From Epithemia pelagica (lineage: Eukaryota; Protista; Bacillariophyta), in assembly GCA_946965045.2 (NCBI GenBank), contig OX337230.1, positions 992,001-1,056,000 of the forward strand: 64,000 nt of DNA, read 5' to 3'. A model generated the notes under the pieces. That model made no database searches. It was given only the letters and a program-made list of their open reading frames with translations, and had not been told where the DNA came from. Position 1 is the first letter of the stretch, and the number at the start of each line of letters is the position of its first letter. A program made the translations under genes and the position numbers. Shown piece after piece: positions 53,710 to 62,710 of the stretch.

Positions 53710-55306
53710 CTAGTGCCTCCTCTAGCCGTGTGCCCATTACAGGTCAAAACGACCCTTTGGGCACATGTTTTCAACAAGATATAACATGACCAATATTAGG
53801 CCTACGGCAACATGTGGATGCTCAAACTTTTTCTTCAAGACATCCTCTGTCACCATTTGATATGCCATGACACCCATATATGACATATCTAGGTCATATA
53901 AGCGCCTCCATTGGGGGCTTGTGCACCGTGATGGTGCATGTGGGCACAGTTGGGGACACTTGGGCACATGTGGGCCCACCATTATGGGAGGTCGCATGAC
54001 AGTCCTATGACCATGATAAGTTTTTGGCAGACGCATTGCAGCACTTTTGCGCCATTTTTTGTCCCATGGTCGACTTTCCCAGCCACGTCCCGGCCATGTC
54101 CGGCCTGGCGTGTTCAGGTCGGTGCTGATTCCAAAGTGCGAACCCCACACGGGGACACCCAGAAGATTCTTTGACAAAAATGTGTACCCCAAAATTTTGA
54201 ACGCACACACCAATCCAACAATCATACAATGGCAACACATGTTCTTGTGCTATTTGAACAGTCCCCATCGGGATTGTTCATCAGGATGAGGAATGCTCTA
54301 TGGAAGCTTTTTGCGTTCAAGTTTTTGAACCTTTTTGTAATGGGAATCATTACAAAAAGAGTCAATTTCTTGAGCACGACAACAAGACAACGAGAGAACG
54401 ACAGTGTCGAGGGTAGTGATAACAGCAAGACAAAACAGACGACGACGAAGAAGAAGGAATGGCTGGAGGAAGTTGGCTTGGTCCTGGGTCCAGGGCTTTC
54501 ATCAGGGTCAGCAATGAACCTGTGATCATTGTTCAAGCCTGGGGCAGCAAGACTTGGGAAGTTGAGCTACTCGACATGAGGGATGGAAGCAGGACAAGTG
54601 AGCTCTTACACAAGACATCTTACCAGCTTCGAAAGATAATCAAGATGACAGATTCCCTGGAGATGTCTATCGTGCGCCGCACCGTCCAGCAGCAGGAGCA
54701 CGACAAGTGCAACAGCAGCAGGGACAGCAGCTCCCTCAGACCACTGCAATTACTCACGTGGCCACCCAAGAACAACAACCACAACAACGAGAGCAAGATC
54801 AACATGAACAAGAAATGGCGGCCTCATCAAATGCACAACAGGTCCTCCTCGTCACCACGCCGTCTGGAGCCAACGAGAATGAAAACTTGACAGGAATCGA
54901 CGTTGTTGTTGGTGCTCGTCGTCAACGCCAGCGACCACAACAACCGAATAGCAACCTGTCCTTTGAGTTCTCTGAGACTCAGGAGCCAAGTGTTGCCTAC
55001 AAGTTCAAATACTAGGACGTAGTAAGTCTAAAAGCCGAGCTTTACATGAGTTTCTATAATGTGCCCATAATGTGCCCACACACGTTGCACACACCACAAG
55101 CTTCTAATAGAGGCACTCCTATGACCCCCATATGTCCTATGTAGGCAAAATGGAGCATCAAATGGTGACAGAGGATGCCTTAAAGATTGGTAAGATGCAT
55201 CAGATCACTGCCGTAGGGCTAATATTGATCGAGTTATTCCTAGTTGAAAACATGTTCCCAACGGTACGTTTTCGCCCGTCATGGGCACACCCGGAGAGAA
55301 GGCACT
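53710..55306. mobile_element. Non-autonomous TIR DNA transposon 'element A', copy 2; right CTAG interrupted by the Harbinger-like insertion
   Basis: Near-identical to 7418-9004, plus 12 bp in the right arm. The right end GGCA-CT continues after the nested element as ACTAG at 57841-57845. Confidence 0.85.
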
Positions 55307-55529
55307 GGAGGAAAACGGTTTGACCTAAAATCCTAAAAATCCTATTCTTAGCCAATCAGATCGCTCCAAATCGTACGACGTTCAGACGCATTTGGCCTCC
55401 AGTTTAGGATTGAAAGGCCTCTTGTTTAGGACTTTCGATCGGTCATCTTCTGGAAGCAATCGAAAGTCCTAAACGAATCCTAAACGATTTGGAACCAAAA
55501 TCTCCATCCAACGGCTCACAAATTTCGGC

Positions 55530-56813
55530 ATGTCGACTTCCGAATCTTTCGCTGAACGTAAGAAGAAGGCGTTGCTTGCTATTGCTACAGCTGTCATCCA
55601 TCACCATGACAGCTTAGCATCTTCAGTTTCTGCTGTTGCTGCTGTTGCTGCTTCCCAACAGACAGATACGGTTGTCCGAGCGGTACAAGGTCGTTATCGA
55701 CGACGTGTCGTTGGACAAAGCAAGGACTCTTTTTGGTACCGCGTCCGTCACCATGGAGATGACCTTGAATTCCTCCACTTCACCGCCTTCTCAAGGGAGG
55801 CGATCAACGAATTGGTTGAGTTGACGCAGCAATCAATCATATCGTCGAGTATTGATCCGCGACAGGGTGTACCGCGGGAGCAAGACATTCAACGCCGACG
55901 ATTTGACGCATACGATATTTTGGTGATGGCGGTGAAGTGGTTGACATGTCGCAGTGAAGTCAAGAACCTACACTGCCAGTTTGGTGCACTCGCCACCCAA
56001 TTCGAAAACTGCGTCTATCTTGGCCTTGGAAGCATCCTCAAGGCCCTAGTGAACAACGAGAAAGCTCGTGTATTTTGGGACATGTCGGAAGACAATCTAC
56101 AGGAGCAAGCGAGTCTGACTGCAGCCTTCGAAGCCATCCGCTACGTCATTGCGATGATGGATGGTTTAAAGCTGGTCACCCTCAACGACCCTGATCCCAA
56201 GAAGCAAAACCGAGATTACAATGGATGGACGGGTGATACGAATCGCAACTGCATTTTTGTTTGGTCACCTTCGGGAAAAGTGATTGATTGTGTCGTAAAC
56301 GCCCCTGGTAACTTTCATGACAGCAAGTCATGTTACTGGGGGAACATTTACGACCATATCAAGAAGTTGCCGGACCCATATCTGGCTGTTTGCGATTCGG
56401 CATTCAAGACAAGTGGAGACATGAGTGGTAAGCTTGTCAAACTGAAGGAGGGCAACGAAAACACGATGGACAAGTCGGAATACGAACGATCGCTGACGCA
56501 CCTCCGTCAGGCGAGTGAGTGGGGCAACGGTTGTCTGACGAAAGTTTTTCGTCGTGTTGTAAGTAAACTCCCAACGTGTCAAATGCGTCGCGAATTGATC
56601 CTTTGGTGCTCTGTCCTTCCGCTGAATTTCAGAACAGAGACCATGGATCGCAATCAGATTCGCACGTATTTTAACTACGTGAGGGAAAACTATCAAGAAG
56701 AACAACAACAACAATCTACAGCAGCACAAGAAGAAGGACAAGCAAACGATCACGACTGGAATGACGACGAAGAATATTCTGATGATGATGATGACGATGA
56801 AATAAATGACTAG
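55530..56813 (+). CDS. PIF/Harbinger-type DDE transposase (DDE_Tnp_4-like)
   Basis: AMMDGLK (D1), YNGW, PGNFHDS, VCDSAF (D2) and LRQASEWGNG (E). Intact 427-aa ORF. Confidence 0.9.
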   Translation: MSTSESFAERKKKALLAIATAVIHHHDSLASSVSAVAAVAASQQTDTVVRAVQGRYRRRVVGQSKDSFWYRVRHHGDDLEFLHFTAFSREAINELVELTQQSIISSSIDPRQGVPREQDIQRRRFDAYDILVMAVKWLTCRSEVKNLHCQFGALATQFENCVYLGLGSILKALVNNEKARVFWDMSEDNLQEQASLTAAFEAIRYVIAMMDGLKLVTLNDPDPKKQNRDYNGWTGDTNRNCIFVWSPSGKVIDCVVNAPGNFHDSKSCYWGNIYDHIKKLPDPYLAVCDSAFKTSGDMSGKLVKLKEGNENTMDKSEYERSLTHLRQASEWGNGCLTKVFRRVVSKLPTCQMRRELILWCSVLPLNFRTETMDRNQIRTYFNYVRENYQEEQQQQSTAAQEEGQANDHDWNDDEEYSDDDDDDEIND

Positions 56814-56864
56814 TAATAAATAGAATCTTCGTTTATTCTACTCTAGGTTGTTTTCCATAGAAAA

Positions 56865-57581
56865 TTACTTCTCGTTCTGCTGGATCGCTTTGAGAATGAC
56901 AGCCAGCTTGCTGTCCATTTTCTCGTCCATACGCTGCAGCTTGTCCTCCACCACATCAATGCGCTCCATTGTAGAAGTCGCTGCAGCAGGGGCTGCACCT
57001 ACAGTGGCCAGTCCCTTGACCAAGGCATCAGCAAGGATCTTCGTAGACTCCTTCTGCTGCTCACCAAGACGATCGAGTGCTTCGTTCAGCAACGTCGATT
57101 TGCGCTTCTTGGTCAAGGGACGGCCCGACTCCGAACGCTTGAGAATCTGCACTCCTTTCTCCTCTTTGTTGCCCTCTTGGCTATTTTCATCATCATCAGA
57201 GTCATTCTGACCTGAGTGCCCAACACCCTCTTTCAAAGCAATATGATCCTTGATGTGCTTGGCTCGTACCACGGTATTAGGCGGGGTTGTTGCACCCGTT
57301 GGCTTCTTTCCCATGCACATCTTCTCAAACTTGCGCTTCACAGCGTTACCGTCCCGGCGATACTTGCCGTTGGAAGCTTCGTAGAGTTCTCCTGCAGCCT
57401 CCTTCCACATGTCGTCGCCCGCGGGACAGAGTTCTTCAACGATCGTCAGCATGAGATCGGTCTCCTCTTGGCCCCACCTCGCGGATCCCCTCTTCCGACC
57501 CTTCTGCTTCTTTGGTTCGCCAGAATTCGTGTTGGGGTCTTCGGTTCCAGTAGGTTGGGGGTCTTGTTCTTGCGTCGACAT
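56865..57581 (-). CDS. Myb/SANT-like DNA-binding accessory protein of the Harbinger-like element
   Basis: RWGQEETDLML...DMWKEAA..LY.....RRDGNAVKRKFEKM (trihelix/Myb-like) plus a C-terminal coiled coil. Lies inside the TIRs. Confidence 0.8.
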   Translation of the reverse strand: MSTQEQDPQPTGTEDPNTNSGEPKKQKGRKRGSARWGQEETDLMLTIVEELCPAGDDMWKEAAGELYEASNGKYRRDGNAVKRKFEKMCMGKKPTGATTPPNTVVRAKHIKDHIALKEGVGHSGQNDSDDDENSQEGNKEEKGVQILKRSESGRPLTKKRKSTLLNEALDRLGEQQKESTKILADALVKGLATVGAAPAAATSTMERIDVVEDKLQRMDEKMDSKLAVILKAIQQNEK

Positions 57582-58344
57582 CGTTCGGGATTCTTTTTGA
57601 TTGCTGCTTCACTCTTGTGACGAGAACAAAAAAGTGATCGCATTGCCAAATTCTCGTTATGCTATGTGCGCATCTTGATTAGATTCGGAACCTGTATACA
57701 GATCAAGGTAGATGTGCTAGCTCCTACGCAGGTCAGACTACGAATAAGTTTAGGATAAAATGGGGGTCAACACGGTTTGTCCTAAAATCCTATTTGAGGG
57801 GGGAAGGAGTTTAGGAATTTAGGTCAAACCGTTTTCCTCCACTAGGCATCCTCGTCCAAATTATCAATCGTTCAAAACACTATTATTTAGTATACCTTCA
57901 AAGGCAATAGTGTAGATCCTTCGACTTCGACCCTAACAGATCCGTTACAAGTCATATCATTTTCAATTACTTAGGGATTTGATGTGTCACGCTGACTTTT
58001 TTGCGCGCGACGAACCACGAATCAGACACGCTTCATCCGTCACGCTCCTCCTCACATTTTTCTCGGTTTTCGTTGTTTCCTTCTTTCTACCAGAACCTCT
58101 CTACTCCTACGTGGTGCGAGGATATCTTTCAAGAGAGAGAGAGGCCACATACACACACACAGGAACAGGAAGACATACGGATTACGGATCCAGTTTGTGA
58201 TCACATGTCACATCCCATCAACGAGCAGAATTTTTGTTTCAAACCATTCAAACATACCACACGATAGAGCCCCAAGTCTCAAAATTTGAGAGTCTTTTCT
58301 TCAAAACTGCAGTTCCTTCACAAAGAATAAACAAGAGAGCGACC

Positions 58345-60099
58345 ATGACATCTACCGATACGACACCCATTGCTCCTCCTGCGTCCACAACCGAGCAATG
58401 GCAATTTTTGAATCCACAAGAGCCCTGCTGCGAAAGTTCGGATACAGCACCAGCCCATTCAAGCGCTCCATCAACGGACACTGCCACACCGGTGGTGGTC
58501 CTGGCCGAAAACACTACGACTGCCATTGCCGACAGTGTTGCCAACTCTCCACAGCAAGGAGGGGATGATGATGACGATGACGACAGTGCGAACAACTCCA
58601 ATACGTCGCTCCAGCCACTTTGTGGCAACTCACAAGAAAAAGCACCGACCGATGCCCTCATTACCTGGATTCCATCGTACGCCTCGGAGAGTCCCGAAAG
58701 TTGTCAAAGTAACTTGACGGCCACCACTACCTCGACTGTCGCTACATTGTCCCCTACAACGGGTCTGGTCCAGCCTGAAAAGTCACAATCGGCTACAAAA
58801 GCAGCAACAGTTTCGAGCGGACCCACGCCAGAAACCAGCATCAACAAAGAAGAAATCGAAGCCCTCACAGAGGTCTCTACGGCTCCCGACAGTACCAATG
58901 TGGAACTTTCCAAAGACGAACGACATGCCATGGAATCCGAGCAACTCGAGACACCACCCGATGCAATTGTATCTATTACCGGCGTGGATCATCAAAATGT
59001 CTTGCGTCCCTCCTCCTTGACGTTACTCATGAAACAAAAAACTTATCCGCTGGAACAAGCTCCCACCAAAAAGACCCATCAAGAGCCACGTGGTCATCGA
59101 CACCAAAATTCTCTCCAAGGAGCATGCTCTAACCGTGTCTTGTCCTCCCTCATGAGGACCGCTACTTTTCCTATTCACGAAGACGACCATGGACAACAAG
59201 AATCATGCTTCCATGACGATGAAGACGATTTCTGCGAAAATATGGAAAAGCTACGGCGGGTCCTGCATGAGGGTACTCCGGGTTATGAAACGTCACCCGT
59301 AACCATCAAAACAAACGAGCAGCCTCACCCATCTACAAGCCAACCGTACGACGAAAAGGACGAGGACGCTTTTGTCGACCAACAGTTATCTCCGGGCCGG
59401 GTCCACAATTTGCTTCATCTCATGGAGAAACAAGAGACTCCCCAGTGTCCAAACCCAAACACAAACCTTCATCCACTTGGCGAACAACAATCCACAACAC
59501 ATGCCGTCGTTCCTGTGACCCCATCGACTCCGTTGTCCTTGGAGGTTCCATCTACTGGATCCTCGCTAGTCCAGTCACATTGGTCCTATTCTCCAGACGA
59601 TGATAACAACGATGTCGTCTTGAATCAAGTGGACGAACAACATAGAACTCTTTCTTTTTCTCTGGTTGTGGTCCCATCACCCCTGGAGCAACGAAAGCGC
59701 AACAACTCCATCACTTCTGTGGATGCCGTACTTCACAGGACGGACCACGACGACGATAATACCACCACGACCACCGCACTCCACGAAGCCAATAGTTTCT
59801 GCGATTCCACTCACAAACGACAGGATCTCGAATCCATGTCCGTCTCATTGACCGAAACGGTTGCCTCCATGGCCATGGTCGTGTTGGACACCTTGTGGGA
59901 GTGTTCGGCCACTACGACAGCTCAATGCGGTGCCGAAGATGGATTCCTCTTGGAACCGTGTGCGTCCAGCAACGAACCTACCAGCAACAAGGTTCCCCGT
60001 CGCAACACCAAGAAAAAGACCAACCGCAACAACAAGCACGTCCCGTCTCCTCTATATCCCTACAGCGCACAACCCATTGTGTTTCAGCAACAGTCCTAG
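58345..60099 (+). CDS. Low-complexity Ser/Thr/Asp-rich hypothetical protein; paralog of 51771-53405
   Basis: First ATG at 58345. Motifs CSNRVLSSL, LSPGRVHNLLHLMEKQ and VVLDTLWECSA. Confidence 0.55.
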   Translation: MTSTDTTPIAPPASTTEQWQFLNPQEPCCESSDTAPAHSSAPSTDTATPVVVLAENTTTAIADSVANSPQQGGDDDDDDDSANNSNTSLQPLCGNSQEKAPTDALITWIPSYASESPESCQSNLTATTTSTVATLSPTTGLVQPEKSQSATKAATVSSGPTPETSINKEEIEALTEVSTAPDSTNVELSKDERHAMESEQLETPPDAIVSITGVDHQNVLRPSSLTLLMKQKTYPLEQAPTKKTHQEPRGHRHQNSLQGACSNRVLSSLMRTATFPIHEDDHGQQESCFHDDEDDFCENMEKLRRVLHEGTPGYETSPVTIKTNEQPHPSTSQPYDEKDEDAFVDQQLSPGRVHNLLHLMEKQETPQCPNPNTNLHPLGEQQSTTHAVVPVTPSTPLSLEVPSTGSSLVQSHWSYSPDDDNNDVVLNQVDEQHRTLSFSLVVVPSPLEQRKRNNSITSVDAVLHRTDHDDDNTTTTTALHEANSFCDSTHKRQDLESMSVSLTETVASMAMVVLDTLWECSATTTAQCGAEDGFLLEPCASSNEPTSNKVPRRNTKKKTNRNNKHVPSPLYPYSAQPIVFQQQS

Positions 60100-60878
60100 C
60101 GAGACAAATCACTCGTGGTCTACGTTCCTCCGTTTCTTTCATAGTGTTGCAAGCACCACCTCTGTATCAATCCTTCCGCCCCTACATACTACTTAGATCA
60201 TGTTCGTTCATTGGTACGCACTTGCTTTGTCCAACTACCGCTACTTGAGTAGGTAGATGTTCCAAGTCGCTGGTCCGGAAGGAACCCTCCCCACTGTGTG
60301 TCACCCAAACAAGTCGACGATAGCACTCTTATCCATTCCCTCTGTTGCTCTCTATGGTCCCCGTTTCGGAACAAGAAAAACACATTCAAAACTGCTTGTC
60401 ATCCGGAGTGGGTATTGTGGAATGTAGAAACCAGATGTATTCCCATCCCAACCGCATGGGGGGGAGACAGAGAGAGAGCCCGTTGAGCAGAGGAAGAACC
60501 AACTTGCAACATCTCTAGATTGGTGTGCCACTCCATTTCCAGTCACGGCTCTACTTCTTTCCTCCAGAATAGATATAATAAATGTGTCGTGTCGAGAGGG
60601 TCTGGATGGACGATTCCCTGGGACACCCAGGATTTTTGTGGTGATCCACGGTTTTCTGTCTTGTCCGACATCCTACCAATAGTAACTTACCGGTATGATG
60701 AACGCCGTCCGATACGAAATATTTCTTAACACGACTTGAATCATCCGTTGGATGTTGCCAATCGACTTTAACCGTTACTTACACGTTAAATCAAGATATC
60801 ATACAGTTTTTTACATCAATATAGTGTATGAATTAGTGTAGAATAATTTCGATTATGGAGTAGAAGTACACTAATATT

Positions 60879-61186
60879 GTGTGTGGATGTTTGTGGACGT
60901 TTGTGGATCCACACACATCCACACGCATCCACAGACATCCACACACATCCACTGACATCCACTGTGGATTTTTGTGGATATTTGTGGATCCACATTTATC
61001 CACAAATGTCCACGTTTATCCACGTGGACGTTTGTGGATCCACATTCATCCACGTGGACGTTTGTGGATCCACAAACGTCCACGTGGATCCACATGTGGA
61101 TTTTTGTGGATGAATGTGGATTTTTGTGGATATTTGTGGTCCACAAATATCCACAAAAATCCAGATTCATCCACAATCATCCACAC
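60879..61186. repeat. Array of ~10-bp GTGGA(T/C)/TCCAC units in alternating orientation (nested palindromes)
   Basis: About 35 motif copies by hand count, mostly at 10-bp spacing. Orientation flips at GGATCC or CACGTG centres. Confidence 0.9.
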
Positions 61187-61223
61187 AAGACTCGCCGAAG
61201 TAGAACTCAGAACTCGCACCACC

Positions 61224-61353
61224 ATGAGCAAGAAGACCACCGAGACCGAGACGGAGGCGAAAAGTGGGTGGGTCAATTGGCGAAGTTGTCCGGCACGGGA
61301 GGTCCTCCTTCAGGACCTGGAGCCAGGGGGTCTGCTTCACGACATGGACCATG
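61224..61353 (+). pseudogene. Truncated 5' fragment of an unknown (possibly transposon) gene
   Basis: MSKKTTETETEAKSGWVNWRSCPAREVLLQDLEPGGLLHDMDH directly follows the palindromic array, then switches abruptly to HSF-like sequence in another frame. Confidence 0.4.
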
Positions 61354-61952
61354 CGCAAAACCGATGGAACCGATCGCGGATCCTATTAAAATGAATTGTT
61401 TCTTCGAGGGCGACCGGATCTGGCGAAAATCATGGTGTCAAGGGCGATTGCAAGCGACGACCCATGGCCGAACCCGACTTTTACAAAATGCCCTATTGTC
61501 CCGAAGACCCTGATCCGAGACAACAACAGCAACCGCTCAATCCTCATCATCATCCTCATCATCCAGCACCTCCACATGTGGCGCATCCTCACAAGGGTCG
61601 TCTTCCTGTCCATCGTCGTCTCTACTACAGAGACACGGTCGTACGGACACCACGAGGCGGATACTCCTCGAATGGCTATCGCATCTATGGCTCGCCGAAT
61701 GAAGGCAGTAGTGAGCATCCAGAAGACGCTTTGTCGTCACCTGTTCGGACAGCCGGGTTGACTCCCTATACGCCCCAACGAAGCCATGCCCCAACGGCGA
61801 TCCATCATTTGCGGAGTTCGTCCTTTTTTCTGGATGAGGAACCTCTCATGCAGGCACCCCAAGACAGTGACTGGACACCCCCTCCCTTTCCCGAGTTTCG
61901 TCCTTCGTCGCAACAACGTGCACGACGTGTTACAATTCTTTCTGAATCGTAG
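61354..61952 (+). pseudogene. 5'-truncated heat-shock-factor (HSF)-family pseudogene fragment
   Basis: RKTDGTDRGSY*NELFLRGRPDLAKIM..., then after a frameshift AEPDFYKMPYCP. This matches the C-terminal end of diatom HSF DNA-binding domains (G.DRGAYYHELFLRGRP...EPDFY.MP). In-frame TAA at 61387-61389; His/Pro/Gln-rich tail. Confidence 0.7.
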
Positions 61953-62091
61953 GGACATTGATGCTCGGTAGAGCAGACAATCAGGTAGGTCACCAACCGA
62001 TACAAGCTTCTCAGGGTCAGAGAAGCAAGCAAGTCGAAGTCTATCAGAAGGATAGTCGGGACACAAAAGAGGATGTGATAAATGGTGATAT

Positions 62092-62710
62092 TGTTAGATT
62101 GTGTGTTGATTACTACGATAGGTCTACGTGAAATGTTCGGTCCTGCCAAGGGTCATGTATCATAGGTTCTTGGCGGCAACAGGTTTGGAATAGTTGGAGT
62201 TGATTCATGTGATGTATATGACATGTATATGTGGGCGGATAACATATACAGGGTCAACAGCTCTTGCTTTGGGTTGGCATAGTTGTTTTCATGGCGCGCA
62301 GCTTGTTGACAATTTGGAGATTGTGGGAATGGAAATATGGTCTCGCGTGATCGTGTATCGTGCTTGGGATACTTAGACCGTTGGATCGGATAGATGCCGA
62401 TAGCGCTCGGATGTCGCTTGGGCGCGCTCGATGATTTCGGGCGCGTACGCTTAGGGCGTTAGTACAGTGTCCGAGCAACGGCCAAATTTACGTCCGTTGT
62501 AATACCGCACGACCCAATTTAGTCTTGAGAGTGAGTTCGTCAATCTATTCTCACTTTTCATGATTTGCGAAGAAATATAGGTCGATATAGCGCGAAGCTA
62601 GGAAACATAGCTCGAAGCTAGAGGGCATGATGCGATAGCACGAGGCTATGTGACATGGGGAATCGATGAGATGTAGAATCTAACCACCATAGACGGTGAG
62701 AATTCTAACA
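62092..62710 (-). repeat. 3' long terminal repeat (619 bp)
   Basis: Both ends read TGTTAGA inward (7-bp inverted termini, TG...CA). The PPT abuts 62710. Left flank GATAT (62087-62091) is the predicted 5-bp TSD. Confidence 0.8.

Larger units (their letters stand above)
55307..57840. mobile_element. Complete PIF/Harbinger-superfamily (PHIS) DNA transposon, 2534 bp, 23-bp TIRs, 3-bp ACT target duplication
   Basis: GGAGGAAAACGGTTTGACCTAAA ... TTTAGGTCAAACCGTTTTCCTCC are perfect TIRs. ACT at 55304-55306 and 57841-57843. Convergent DDE transposase and Myb-like genes; subterminal TCCTAAA/TTTAGGA repeats. Confidence 0.92.

Noticed and set aside
55321-57830. TTTAGGA/TCCTAAA repeats as telomere-like sequence
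   Set aside because: They are dispersed, not tandem, and confined to the subterminal regions of the Harbinger-like element, so they are better explained as transposase-binding motifs.
60996-61004. Perfect DnaA box TTATCCACA within the GTGGAT array (bacterial oriC or contamination)
   Set aside because: Only one exact match among ~35 variant units, flanked by eukaryotic HSF and copia sequence, with no bacterial genes.
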